Assembly (NCBI GenBank): GCA_945892755.1
Contig: CAMDDO010000007.1
Location: 1,397-65,396 of the forward strand
DNA length: 64,000 bases
From: Rhizobium sp. Q54
GTDB lineage: Bacteria > Pseudomonadota > Alphaproteobacteria > UBA828
Direction: 5' to 3'
Positions 38,081 to 49,512 of this stretch are shown here, one piece after another (position 1 is the stretch's first letter; each line of letters opens with the position of its first letter). Both the position numbers and the translations under genes were made by a program. The notes under the pieces are model-generated. The model searched no databases. It was not told the origin of the DNA and saw nothing but the letters and a program-made list of their open reading frames with translations.

Positions 38081-38908
38081 TCAGGTCTCGCCGAGCCGGC
38101 GCGTATGGAGCTGGAGGATCGCCGCCGCGGTCTCTTCGATCGAGCGCCGGCTCACGTCGATCACCGGCCAGCCGGCGCGGGCGAACAGTCGGCGCGCCTC
38201 CTTGACCTCGCTGCTCACCGCCTCGGGGTCGACATAGGCGGTCTCATCGTCGCGACCAAGCGTGCGCAAGCGCGAGCGACGAATATCGACCAATTGATCG
38301 GCGCCGCGCGTCAACCCGACCACCAATGGCTTGTTCAAGTGGAGCAATTCCTCCGGCGGCGGACAATCCGGCACGATCGGCACGTTCGCGGTCTTCAGCC
38401 CACGGTTCGCGAGATAGAAACAAGTCGGCGTCTTGGAGGTCCGCGAGACCCCGACCAAGACGATATCGGCATCGTTGAGCGTGGCGGCCGACTGGCCGTC
38501 ATCATGGGTCAGAGCGAAATTCATGGCCTCGATGCGCTGGAAATATTGCGCGTCCATGACGTGCTGGCGGCCCGGAAGATTGCGGCTTTCGATGCCCAGG
38601 TAGTCGCGCAGGATATCGATGATCGGGTCAAGCAGAGCGAGGCAAGGCGCGCCAGCGGTGCGACAGCCGGCCTCGAGCTCGCGCCTGAGCTCACCCTCGA
38701 CGAAGGTATAGAACACGACACCTGGGTTGGCCTCGATACCGGCGAGGACGCGACGAAGTTGATTCTGGCTGCGCACCAGCGGCCAGAGGTGCTCGACCGG
38801 CGTCACGCCTTCGAATTGAGCCAGCGCCGCTCGAGCCAAGACCATGGCGGTTTCGCCAGTGGCATCGGAAACCAGATGAAGGTGGAGGATGCGCGCGGCT
38901 TCGCTCAT
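38081..38908 (-). CDS. kinase/pyrophosphorylase (PpsR/PDRP-like, DUF299) regulatory protein
   Basis: 275 aa. LHLVSDATGET, VLVGVSRTSKTPT (P-loop) and YLANRGLKTANVP blocks. Confidence 0.88.
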   Translation of the reverse strand: MSEAARILHLHLVSDATGETAMVLARAALAQFEGVTPVEHLWPLVRSQNQLRRVLAGIEANPGVVFYTFVEGELRRELEAGCRTAGAPCLALLDPIIDILRDYLGIESRNLPGRQHVMDAQYFQRIEAMNFALTHDDGQSAATLNDADIVLVGVSRTSKTPTCFYLANRGLKTANVPIVPDCPPPEELLHLNKPLVVGLTRGADQLVDIRRSRLRTLGRDDETAYVDPEAVSSEVKEARRLFARAGWPVIDVSRRSIEETAAAILQLHTRRLGET

Positions 38909-39322
38909 GAAAACCGGGGAAAAGCCTGTGGTTAAGTGTCAGGCGACGATCGGAGCACAAAGTCTGCCGGCAGGTTATCCGCTTGATCGGAGCCCTTATG
39001 TACCGGGTTGGGAGGCGTCACGCGAGTCCGTCTAATCACCTGAAGAACCTGCATAACATTATAGCTCGCTTCGTGATCCCCATGATTTCAGAATCGACTA
39101 CGCCTTGGTCAGTGCGGCTCCTCAGCTGGCATCCCCAATTTAATCCTCCATCCGCGCGATGAGGTTCACGTTGCCCTTCTCGGACCCGTTCAATCTTGCA
39201 ATCATGGGGATCACCGCGTTCTGCCCGCCCATCTACCACTACATCCTTTCTTAGGATTCAAGTAAGAAGTAGAAGATTGGCTCGCCCGATGTGGCGCCCT
39301 GAACTCGAAAATCGGTTCGGCT
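38909..39322. other. candidate chromosomal replication origin (oriC)
   Basis: 414-bp non-coding, locally low-GC gap upstream of hemE. Exact inverted 14-mers GTGATCCCCATGAT (39073-39086) and ATCATGGGGATCAC (39201-39214). DnaA-box-like TGTGGTTAA (38927), TTATCCGCT (38975), GCATCCCCA (39129). GANTC at 39024, 39091, 39255. Flanked by conserved origin-proximal genes. Confidence 0.55.
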
Positions 39323-40372
39323 TTGTCCGCTTCTCCCTCAACCAAGCCCTTGCTCGCAACACTCCGGGGAGAAAACACCGGCCGTGTTCCGTTCTGGTTC
39401 ATGCGTCAGGCCGGACGCTATTTGCCCGAGTATCGCCAGGTGCGCGCGCAGGCGGGCGGCTTTCTCGATCTTTGTTTCACGCCGGAATTGGCAACCGAGG
39501 TCACGCTCCAACCACTTCGCCGCTTTGGAATGGACGCGGCCATTCTGTTTTCAGACATCCTCGTCGTGCCGTTTGGTTTAGGCATGGGTGTGGCCTTTGA
39601 AGAGGGCGAAGGCCCCAAGCTTGATCGCCTCGATGCCCCGGATGCTTTGCCGAGGCTGGACCTTGAGCGTTTCAAAGCCACGCTCGAGCCGGTCTATGAG
39701 GCAGTCGCGCGCATCGCCGACAGGTTACCGGCGGAGACAGCGTTGATCGGCTTTGCCGGCGCACCTTGGACGGTCGCGACCTACATGATCGAGGGCGGTT
39801 CAAGCCGCGACTTCGCGCGCACCAAATCGTGGGCCTATGGCGACCCGGAAGGCTTCGGCCGCTTGATCGGGCTCTTGATTGACGCGACGGTCGAGCACCT
39901 TTCAGCGCAAATCCGAGCCGGCGCGGAGGTTGTGCAATTGTTTGATTCCTGGGCCGGGGTACTCGCTGAAACGCAGTTTGCCCGCTGGTCAATCGCACCG
40001 ATCCGCGCGATCGCCGAGGCGCTGCGGCGCCAGCACCCGGCCATCCCGATCATCGCCTTTCCGCGCGGCGCCGGGGCGAACTATCTTGCCTTTGCCGAGC
40101 AAGCGGGCGTCGATGGCCTCGGGCTCGACACCGCGGTGCCGCTCGACTGGGCGGCGCGCGCGCTGCAGCCGACGGTCGTGCTACAGGGTAATCTCGATCC
40201 ACAACTCGCCGTTATTGGCGGGGCACCGATGTTGATCGAAGCGGAGCGAATCCTTCAGGGCTGGGCAAAAGGTCCGCTGATCTTCAATCTTGGCCACGGC
40301 GTGGTCCCGGAAACACCGCCCGAGTCCATCGGGGCGTTGAGCCAGTACCTCCGCGACTTCCGGCGCGGCTGA
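39323..40372 (+). CDS. hemE: uroporphyrinogen decarboxylase
   Basis: 349 aa, TTG start. RVPFWFMRQAGRYLPEYR, ILFSDILV, FDSWAG. Confidence 0.93.
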   Translation: MSASPSTKPLLATLRGENTGRVPFWFMRQAGRYLPEYRQVRAQAGGFLDLCFTPELATEVTLQPLRRFGMDAAILFSDILVVPFGLGMGVAFEEGEGPKLDRLDAPDALPRLDLERFKATLEPVYEAVARIADRLPAETALIGFAGAPWTVATYMIEGGSSRDFARTKSWAYGDPEGFGRLIGLLIDATVEHLSAQIRAGAEVVQLFDSWAGVLAETQFARWSIAPIRAIAEALRRQHPAIPIIAFPRGAGANYLAFAEQAGVDGLGLDTAVPLDWAARALQPTVVLQGNLDPQLAVIGGAPMLIEAERILQGWAKGPLIFNLGHGVVPETPPESIGALSQYLRDFRRG

Positions 40373-40400
40373 GTGATCCAACCAAGGCAGCAAGCGAGCC

Positions 40401-41447
40401 ATGGCGAAGACCGCGATCGTGCTGTTCAATCTGGGAGGACCGAGCGCGCTCAATGCGGTCGAACCGTTTCTGTTCAACCTGTTCAATGACCGCGCCATCA
40501 TTCGCGCCCCTGCCCCTATTCGATACCTGATCGCCAAGCTGATCTCGAGCCGCCGCGCACCGATCGCGCGGGCGATCTATCAGCAGATGGGCGGCAGCTC
40601 GACCATCTTGCCGCAAACCCAGGCGCAGGCCCGCGGCCTTGAACGCGCACTCGCCGATCTCGGCACGGCAAAAGCCTTTATCGCCATGCGCTACTGGCAT
40701 CCGATGAGCGAGGAGACGGCGCGGGCGGTCGCGGCCTTTGCGCCCGATCGCATTGTCTTGCTGCCGCTTTACCCGCAGTTTTCGACCACAACAGTCGCCT
40801 CATCGCTTAAGGCGTGGGCCAAGGCCGCGCGCAAAATTGGCCTCGCGCGGCCAAGCGTCGCGCTCTGCTGCTATCCCGCCTCAGGGGGCTTTATCGAGGC
40901 GCTGGTTGGCCTGATTCGCCCCGCGCTCGAGGGAGCGCGGGCGCATGGTACGCCGCGGCTTTTGCTCTCGGCCCACGGCCTGCCGAAAAAAATCGTGGCG
41001 GCGGGCGATCCCTATCAATGGCAGATCGAAGAAACCGCGCGGCACATCATCGAGCGGCTCGATCTAGACGGGCTTGATTGGCGCGTGTGCTATCAGAGCC
41101 GGGTTGGGCCGCTGGAATGGCTCGGGCCTTCGACCGATGATGAAATCAAACGCGCGGGCGCCGAGAGGCGGCCGGTCGTCATCGCGCCGATAGCGTTTGT
41201 CTCGGAGCATTCGGAAACCCTCGTCGAGCTCGACATCGAGTACCGCAAGCTCGCCATTGAACATGGCGTGCCGCATTACGCGCGCGTGCCGACGGTCGGC
41301 ACCTGGGACGCGTTCATCGGCGCGCTCGCCGATTTGGTCCGTGGCGCTGTCGCGCAAATGCCGGTCGATGGCACGAAGATATGCTCGGCGCAGGGCGGGC
41401 GAATCTGTCCGACGGCACACCGCGCCTGCGCCCTCGGGGGACGCTGA
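40401..41447 (+). CDS. hemH: ferrochelatase
   Basis: 348 aa. AIVLFNLGGP, LLPLYPQFS, LLSAHGLP, FVSEHSETL. Confidence 0.93.
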   Translation: MAKTAIVLFNLGGPSALNAVEPFLFNLFNDRAIIRAPAPIRYLIAKLISSRRAPIARAIYQQMGGSSTILPQTQAQARGLERALADLGTAKAFIAMRYWHPMSEETARAVAAFAPDRIVLLPLYPQFSTTTVASSLKAWAKAARKIGLARPSVALCCYPASGGFIEALVGLIRPALEGARAHGTPRLLLSAHGLPKKIVAAGDPYQWQIEETARHIIERLDLDGLDWRVCYQSRVGPLEWLGPSTDDEIKRAGAERRPVVIAPIAFVSEHSETLVELDIEYRKLAIEHGVPHYARVPTVGTWDAFIGALADLVRGAVAQMPVDGTKICSAQGGRICPTAHRACALGGR

Positions 41448-41451
41448 AAGA

Positions 41452-41892
41452 ATGGCGGACTCCGGCTATTTCTGGCTCAAGGCGCTGCACATTATCGCGG
41501 TCATCGCCTGGATGGCCGGGATGCTCTACCTGCCGCGGCTATTCGTCTATCATGTCGACGCGGCGAAAGGCTCGGAACTGTCCGAGCGGCTCAAGGTGAT
41601 GGAACGGCGCTTGATGCGTGCGATCATCAACCCAGCGATGATCGCGGCGGTCGCGCTCGGCGTCGCCTTGCTGTTCGTCTCGCCCTTTGTCGACTGGTCG
41701 GACGGCTGGATCTACGCCAAACTTGCCTTCATCGTGGTTCTTTCAGGCATCCACGGCCTTCTGTCGCGTCATCGCCGCGAGTTCGCGGACGATCGCAACA
41801 CACGGAGCGGGCGCTATTTTCGTATCCTGAATGAAACGCCAGCCGTGCTCATGGTCGGCATCGTCATCTTCGTGGTGGTGAAGCCGTTCTGA
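41452..41892 (+). CDS. hemJ: protoporphyrinogen oxidase HemJ (UPF0093/CopD-like membrane protein)
   Basis: In-frame tail of ORF 41197..41892 from ATG 41452. WLKALHIIAVIAWMAGMLYLPRLFVYH and 4 TM segments. Directly follows hemH. Confidence 0.82.
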   Translation: MADSGYFWLKALHIIAVIAWMAGMLYLPRLFVYHVDAAKGSELSERLKVMERRLMRAIINPAMIAAVALGVALLFVSPFVDWSDGWIYAKLAFIVVLSGIHGLLSRHRREFADDRNTRSGRYFRILNETPAVLMVGIVIFVVVKPF

Positions 41893-41960
41893 GAGCCTTG
41901 GTGGCCGGGCTCGGTGGCAGGCAACACCACGCGCCGTCCGGTTGGCAAATGGCGGGCGGC

Positions 41961-42153
41961 TTGACTTTCAGGGGGTCGGGTCGATACACCTAACCCTGGA
42001 GACGCGTGAGCCGGGCGCAAAGACCCGGTAGCCCAATGACGGCGTCTCCGCTCCGGCAGTTTTCCTTCCCACTTTCCGCCACGCGCCGATCCCGCCGCTC
42101 TTGCGGATCAGGCTAGCGTCAAGCCCCCCTTCACCATTGCCCGCAGATACCCC
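41961..42153 (+). promoter_or_regulatory. putative rho promoter and C-rich, G-poor leader
   Basis: TTGACT (41961-41966), N17, ATACAC, followed by a ~165-nt leader. Its 42044-42150 portion is C-rich (ctccgctccggcagttttccttcccactttccgccacgcgccgatcccgccgctc). Confidence 0.4.
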
Positions 42154-43410
42154 ATGCAATTGAAAGAATTGAAGAAAAAGCCTCCGACGGAACTCCTTGA
42201 GTTCGCCGAGCGGCTGCAGATCGAGAACGCCAACACGATGCGGCGGCAGGACTTGCTGTTCGCCATCCTGAAACAGCTCGCCGACAAGGACGAGGGCATT
42301 TTCGGCGATGGCGTGCTCGAGATCCTGCAGGACGGCTTTGGCTTCCTGCGCTCGCCGGAGGCGAATTATCTACCCGGGCCGGACGATATTTATGTCAGCC
42401 CGAGCCAGATTCGCCGCTTCGCGCTGCGCACCGGCGATACGCTCGAAGGCCAGATTCGCGCGCCCAAGGATGGCGAACGCTATTTCGCGCTCCTGAAGCT
42501 GAACGCGATCAATTTCGACAATCCGGAAGCGACGCGCCACAAGGTCAATTTCGACAATCTGACGCCGCTCTATCCGGATGAGCGCTTCAAGCTCGAGATC
42601 GAAAAGCCGACGATCAAGGACCTGACCTGCCGCATCATCGATCTCGTCGCGCCTTTGGGTAAAGGCCAGCGCGGCCTGATCGTGGCGCCGCCGCGCACCG
42701 GTAAGACCGTGATGCTGCAGAACATCGCGCGCTCGATCGAAGTCAATCACCCCGAATGCTTCCTGATCGTTCTGCTGATCGACGAGCGGCCGGAAGAAGT
42801 GACCGATATGATCCGCTCGGTGAAGGGCGAGGTCGTGTCCTCGACCTTCGATGAGCCGGCGACTCGCCATGTTCAGGTCGCCGAAATGGTGATCGACAAG
42901 GCGAAGCGCCTGGTCGAGCACAAGCGCGATGTGGTGATTCTTTTGGATTCGATCACGCGCCTCGCCCGCGCCTACAACACCGTCGTGCCGTCATCGGGCA
43001 AGGTGCTGACCGGCGGTGTGGACGCCAATGCGCTGCAACGGCCGAAGCGCTTCTTCGGCGCGGCGCGCAACATCGAGGAAGGCGGTTCGCTCACCATCAT
43101 CGCGACCGCATTGATCGATACCGGCTCGCGCATGGATGAAGTGATTTTCGAAGAATTCAAGGGCACCGGTAATTCGGAAATCATTCTCGATCGCAAACTG
43201 GCGGACAAACGCACCTTCCCCTCGATCGATATCGCGCGCTCCGGCACGCGGAAAGAGGAGCTCTTGGTCGATAAGGCGACGCTCTCCAAAATGTGGGTGC
43301 TGCGCCGCATTCTGATGCCAATGGGCACGACCGACGGCATGGAGTTCCTGGTCGACAAGCTGAAGAGCACCAAGGGCAATAGCGATTTCTTCGAGAGCAT
43401 GAACACCTAG
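42154..43410 (+). CDS. rho: transcription termination factor Rho
   Basis: 418 aa. [25 protein letters not shown], Walker [24 protein letters not shown]. Confidence 0.97.
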   Translation: MQLKELKKKPPTELLEFAERLQIENANTMRRQDLLFAILKQLADKDEGIFGDGVLEILQDGFGFLRSPEANYLPGPDDIYVSPSQIRRFALRTGDTLEGQIRAPKDGERYFALLKLNAINFDNPEATRHKVNFDNLTPLYPDERFKLEIEKPTIKDLTCRIIDLVAPLGKGQRGLIVAPPRTGKTVMLQNIARSIEVNHPECFLIVLLIDERPEEVTDMIRSVKGEVVSSTFDEPATRHVQVAEMVIDKAKRLVEHKRDVVILLDSITRLARAYNTVVPSSGKVLTGGVDANALQRPKRFFGAARNIEEGGSLTIIATALIDTGSRMDEVIFEEFKGTGNSEIILDRKLADKRTFPSIDIARSGTRKEELLVDKATLSKMWVLRRILMPMGTTDGMEFLVDKLKSTKGNSDFFESMNT

Positions 43411-43556
43411 GAGCCCACCCCCATCCCGGTTCAAGGACGGGGCTGGGTCAGAGGTGAGGCTCCAAAGCGCGCGATGCGCGCCACCGATCGCGAGCTTCGC
43501 CCGCTTCCGGTTCCGCCCCTCATACCCAAACCCTCCTTCCCGTTGGAGCGGAAGGG

Positions 43557-44474
43557 TTGTCATATCTCATGGTCGAAACACTCCGCCCCTCCCTGAACCG
43601 GCCGCTCGTCGCGATTCTTTTCATGTGCGTGACCACGGTCGTGATGTTTCCTGCGTTGAATACCGGGATGAAACATCTGGCGGTCGAATATGGCGTGACG
43701 CAGGTGATCTTCATGCGCTCGGCCGGGCACATGATCATAATGCTGCTCATGCTGATGCCGGGGCATGGCCTCGTCATTTTCAAGAGCCGCCGACTCGGCT
43801 GGCAGCTCGGCCGTTCGGTCCTGCAATGCGCCTCGACCGGCCTTTACACCGTCGCGCTGACGATGATCCCACTCACCACCGCGACCACCGTGGCGTTCAC
43901 GGCGCCGCTCCTGGTCGTCGCGCTATCGGGGCCGATGCTAGGCGAAAAGGTTGGGCCACGGCGCTGGGCGGCTGTGCTGGTCGGCTTTATCGGCGCGCTC
44001 GTGATTATCCGCCCAGGCGGCGAGGTCATGCATTGGGCGGATTTTCTCATCATCGGCTCGGCGCTCTGCTACGCGATCTATCAGCTCATGACCCGCCGCA
44101 TCGCGCTATACGATTCGTCGCGCACCACCGGCATCTACACGATTACGGTGAGCTTGCTCGCCTCGGCGATCGCCGCACCGTTTTTCTGGATCACGCCAAC
44201 CAGCTTGGTTGATTGGGGTCTGTTCGCCTCGATGGGCATCGCCGGCGGCCTCGGCCACTACTTCATGGTCAAAGCCTATCAACTCGGCCAGGCCTCGATC
44301 GTCGGCCCGTTCGATTATGGCCAGCTGATCGGCGCGACCTTCCTTGGCTATCTGGTGTTCGCCGAATTTCCCGATCTCTGGACCTGGGTCGGCGCCGCGC
44401 TCCTGGTCGGCAGCGGGCTCTACATCGCGCGGCGTGAAGCGGTGTTGAGCAAGAGGCGGGCGCTCCTTCCCTAA
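43557..44474 (+). CDS. DMT (EamA) family transporter
   Basis: 305 aa (TTG 43557, or ATG 43569). About 10 hydrophobic segments in two EamA-like halves. Confidence 0.82.
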   Translation: MSYLMVETLRPSLNRPLVAILFMCVTTVVMFPALNTGMKHLAVEYGVTQVIFMRSAGHMIIMLLMLMPGHGLVIFKSRRLGWQLGRSVLQCASTGLYTVALTMIPLTTATTVAFTAPLLVVALSGPMLGEKVGPRRWAAVLVGFIGALVIIRPGGEVMHWADFLIIGSALCYAIYQLMTRRIALYDSSRTTGIYTITVSLLASAIAAPFFWITPTSLVDWGLFASMGIAGGLGHYFMVKAYQLGQASIVGPFDYGQLIGATFLGYLVFAEFPDLWTWVGAALLVGSGLYIARREAVLSKRRALLP

Positions 44475-44482
44475 TAAGCGAT

Positions 44483-45457
44483 CTACGGAATCAAGATATG
44501 TCCGCCGGTGGTCTTGCGGCTCTCGAGTTCGATATGGGCTTGGCGGGCGTCCTTGAGCGGGTATTTGTGATGGATCTCGATCTTCACCTTGCCCGCGCGC
44601 ACAACCTCGAACAGCGCATTCGCCGATTCCTCAAGCTCGGGCCGCGACGCGATATAGTTAAACAGACCCGGCCGGGTCAGATAGAGCGAGCGGGGCGCGA
44701 GCGAGGCGGTGTCGAAGTTTTCGAGCTTGCCCGAGGCCTGGCCGAAGCTGACCAGCAGGCCCCGCGTCCTCAGGCATTCCATTGACTTCATCAGCGTGTC
44801 CTTGCCGATCGAGTCATAGACCACCGGCAATAATTTGCCGTTGGTGATCTCCTTCACCCGCTCGACGAAATTCTCCTTGGTGTAGATGATCGGGTGATGA
44901 CAGCCATGGGCGCGCGCGAGCTCGGCCTTGGCTTCGGATGAGACCGTGCCGATCACGGTCGCGCCGATATGCTTGGCCCATTGGCAGAGGATGAGGCCAA
45001 CACCACCGGCGGCGGCGTGAACGAGGATCGTATCGCCCGATTTCACCTGATAGGTCCGGCGCAGCAAATATTCGACGGTCATACCCTGGAGCATCATGCC
45101 GGCGGCCTGCTCGAACGGGATGTCGGCCGGCAGCTTGACCAGCGATGCGGCTTTCAAATTGCGCGCCTCGGCATAGGAGCCGGGTGGCGGCGAGGCATAG
45201 GCGACGCGATCGCCGACCTTGACCTCGGTCACGCCCGCGCCGATCGCCTCGACGATGCCCGCCCCTTCCATGCCGATGCCGGCCGGGTAGGACGCTTGCG
45301 GATAAACGCCGGTGCGATGATAGACATCGATGAAGTTGATCCCGATCGCCTTGTGCGCCACGCGCGCCTCGCCCGCGCCGGGCGGCGGCACGGTGACGTC
45401 TTCATAGACCAGCACGTCGGCCGGGCCGGGCTTTTGGATGCGAATGGCTTTGACCAT
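44483..45457 (-). CDS. NADPH:quinone oxidoreductase (zinc-type MDR family)
   Basis: ORF 44483..46069 trimmed to MVKAIRIQKPGPADVL (ATG 45457, GGAGAG RBS). GINFIDVYHRTG and AAAGGVGL blocks. 324 aa. Confidence 0.88.
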   Translation of the reverse strand: MVKAIRIQKPGPADVLVYEDVTVPPPGAGEARVAHKAIGINFIDVYHRTGVYPQASYPAGIGMEGAGIVEAIGAGVTEVKVGDRVAYASPPPGSYAEARNLKAASLVKLPADIPFEQAAGMMLQGMTVEYLLRRTYQVKSGDTILVHAAAGGVGLILCQWAKHIGATVIGTVSSEAKAELARAHGCHHPIIYTKENFVERVKEITNGKLLPVVYDSIGKDTLMKSMECLRTRGLLVSFGQASGKLENFDTASLAPRSLYLTRPGLFNYIASRPELEESANALFEVVRAGKVKIEIHHKYPLKDARQAHIELESRKTTGGHILIP

Positions 45458-45507
45458 GGAAATCTCTCCGTCGGGACAGCCCTTCTTCCGTCTAGCGGAA
45501 GGAAGAG

Positions 45508-46209
45508 CTACGCCAAGTGATGTTTGAAGAACGCGTACGTCCGGTCGTTCGCCGTCTTTGCCGCCTTCGCATCGAAATGCTCGCCGCCCCAGCGCGCGAA
45601 GGCATGGTCGCAGCCGGCATAGGAATGCAGCGTGACAAGCTTGTTGCCCTTGAGCCCGTCCTTGATCTTGGCTTGGGCTTCGGGCGGCACGAACTTGTCC
45701 TTCTCGGCGATGTGCTGCATGTGCGCCGCTTTGATGTTTCTCGCTTCGTCGAGCAATTCCTCGATGCCGACGCCATAATAGCCGACCGAGCAATCGGCGC
45801 TGGTGCGCGTCGCGGTGAGGTAGGCGAGCTTGCCGCCTAAACAATAGCCAACCGCGCCGACCTTGCCGGTTGAGCCCTTGACCTGGCGCAGCGCATCCAC
45901 GCTCGCGCCGATGTCCTCGACGCCCTTGGCGACGTCGAAGCCTTGATAGAACTTGAAGGCGCGGCCCCATTCGCCCTCGGTGCGATCCGACAATTCGCAA
46001 TTCGGCTCCATGCGCCAGAAGAGATCGGGGCAGAGCGCGAAATAGCCTTGGGCCGCGAGCGTGTGGCAAATCTCGCGCATGACATAATTGACGCCGAAGA
46101 TTTCCTGCAGCACGACGATGCCGGCGCCCTTGCCCGAATCGGGCGTGGCGAGGAAGCCTTGGAAGCTGCCACCGTCCTTGGCCTTGAGCGTGATCATATG
46201 TCCGGGCAT
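45508..46209 (-). CDS. dienelactone hydrolase family protein
   Basis: ORF 45508..46437 trimmed to MPGHMITLKAKDGG. IVVLQEIFGVN, nucleophile GYCLGG, C-terminal HAF block. Confidence 0.85.
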   Translation of the reverse strand: MPGHMITLKAKDGGSFQGFLATPDSGKGAGIVVLQEIFGVNYVMREICHTLAAQGYFALCPDLFWRMEPNCELSDRTEGEWGRAFKFYQGFDVAKGVEDIGASVDALRQVKGSTGKVGAVGYCLGGKLAYLTATRTSADCSVGYYGVGIEELLDEARNIKAAHMQHIAEKDKFVPPEAQAKIKDGLKGNKLVTLHSYAGCDHAFARWGGEHFDAKAAKTANDRTYAFFKHHLA

Positions 46210-46219
46210 GAAAGTCTCC

Positions 46220-46732
46220 CTAATGGCGCGCTTGCATCTTGTCGAATAGCGGCCCACTCGCCTCGAGTGCGAGCAGGACCTTCTTGGTATCACAGCCATC
46301 GCCGCCGGAAAACCCGACCAGCGCGCCCGCGGCCCCGACCACGCGATGGCAGGGCACCACGATGCCGATCGGGTTGGCGCCGCAGGCCCCGCCCACTGCG
46401 CGCGGCGCGGTGCGAAGCTTCGACGCCAGATCGCCATAGGTGCGCACCTCGCCGAACGGAATCTCGCTCAAGGCCCGCCACACGCGCTGACGGAACGCAG
46501 TGCCCTCGGGTCTCAACGGCAGGTCGAAGTCGCGGCGATCGCCGGCGAAATATTCACCGAGCTGGCGCTCGGCGTCATCGAGCACCGTCTGATCTTCGGG
46601 CGCCACCGGCTCGTTATCGAGATGGCGCGCGGGCTTGGCTGATTTCGGCAGCATGGCGAGCGCGACCAGAGCGCCGCGCTCGACCCGAAGCTCGATCGGC
46701 CCGATCGGGGCTTGGATGAACCGGCGTGTCAC
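46220..46732 (-). CDS. ogt: methylated-DNA--protein-cysteine methyltransferase
   Basis: 170 aa. Active-site VPCHRVV and RTYGDLA blocks. Confidence 0.9.
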   Translation of the reverse strand: MTRRFIQAPIGPIELRVERGALVALAMLPKSAKPARHLDNEPVAPEDQTVLDDAERQLGEYFAGDRRDFDLPLRPEGTAFRQRVWRALSEIPFGEVRTYGDLASKLRTAPRAVGGACGANPIGIVVPCHRVVGAAGALVGFSGGDGCDTKKVLLALEASGPLFDKMQARH

Positions 46733-46740
46733 GCGCCGCC

Positions 46741-48777
<2,037 letters not shown>

Positions 48778-48874
48778 TCGATCTCCCTGGGTGCGGCTTG
48801 CGGACTGGCGCCGGCTCGCCCACAATATAGGCCGCTCCATTCTTGAGTCACCCGCCCCAGTTTGGGAGAGGGCC

Positions 48875-49117
48875 ATGAAATTCCGCATTGATGTCGATTG
48901 CACGCCGCAGGAAGCGCGCGCGTTTTTTGGCCTGCCGGATGTCGAGCCGATGCAAAAGGCCATGATGACCGAGGTCGAGAAGCGCATGCGGGCGGCGGTG
49001 GCCGAGATGGAGCCCGAGGCGTTGATGCGGACCTGGGGGCCCTCAATGATGAAGGGCTTCGAGGAATTGCAAAAGGCGTTCTGGGGCGGTATGGGCGCCA
49101 AAAACAAGAAGGACTGA
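48875..49117 (+). CDS. small conserved hypothetical protein (80 aa)
   Basis: In-frame ATG 48875 within ORF 48791..49117. Sequence MKFRIDVDCTPQEARAFFGLPDV..., helical and Met-rich. The family name is not recognised with certainty. Confidence 0.6.
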   Translation: MKFRIDVDCTPQEARAFFGLPDVEPMQKAMMTEVEKRMRAAVAEMEPEALMRTWGPSMMKGFEELQKAFWGGMGAKNKKD

Positions 49118-49127
49118 GGAAGACAGC

Positions 49128-49496
49128 ATGACGAGCCGCCCCGACGATCCGGCGCCCTATTACGATGCCCATGTGTTTTGCTGCACCAATGTGCGACCGC
49201 CCGGGCACACGCGCGGCTGCTGCGCCGAGAAAGGCGCGGTCAAATTGCGCGATCATATGAAGGCGCGGGCCAAGGAGTTTGGTCTCGACCGGGTGCGCGT
49301 CAATATCGCGGGATGCTTGGATCGCTGCGAGCTTGGCCCGACTTTGGTGATCTACCCCGAGGGCGTCTGGTACACGTATCGGACGACCGCCGATATCGAC
49401 GAAATCCTGGCCATCCATCTGCGCGATGGCGGGCGAGTTCCGCGCCTGATGCTTCAGCCAGAGCAAAAGCTGCCGGACAAGGCGGCGAACGGTTGA
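49128..49496 (+). CDS. thioredoxin-like (2Fe-2S) ferredoxin domain protein
   Basis: 122 aa. Cys pattern VFCCTN...GCCAEKG...AGCLDRCELGP. Confidence 0.85.
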   Translation: MTSRPDDPAPYYDAHVFCCTNVRPPGHTRGCCAEKGAVKLRDHMKARAKEFGLDRVRVNIAGCLDRCELGPTLVIYPEGVWYTYRTTADIDEILAIHLRDGGRVPRLMLQPEQKLPDKAANG

Positions 49497-49512
49497 GGCG
49501 ATCCGAGGCTCG

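Noticed and set aside
37406-38935. 509-aa ORF on the plus strand spanning maf and the PpsR-like gene
   Set aside because: It is antisense to two motif-bearing genes and crosses their intergenic boundary. The composition is an R/A/G/D-rich GC artefact.
38909-39322. CtrA boxes (TTAA-N7-TTAA) in the candidate origin
   Set aside because: I searched the gap by eye and found no full TTAA-N7-TTAA match. CtrA control of this origin therefore cannot be claimed from the sequence.
43411-43556. Hairpins after rho (e.g. AACCCTCCTTCCCGTTGGAGCGGAAGGGTT) as another copy of the sulfotransferase-leader mosaic
   Set aside because: The similarity to module 1 is only loose (CCTTCC/GGAAGG flavour) and the other modules are absent. 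These are more likely an ordinary terminator or stabiliser stem.
45458-46069. N-terminal extension that makes the quinone oxidoreductase ORF 528 aa long
   Set aside because: The extension runs through the dienelactone hydrolase gene in another frame and is R/G-rich nonsense. A canonical MVKAIRI start with an RBS lies at 45457.
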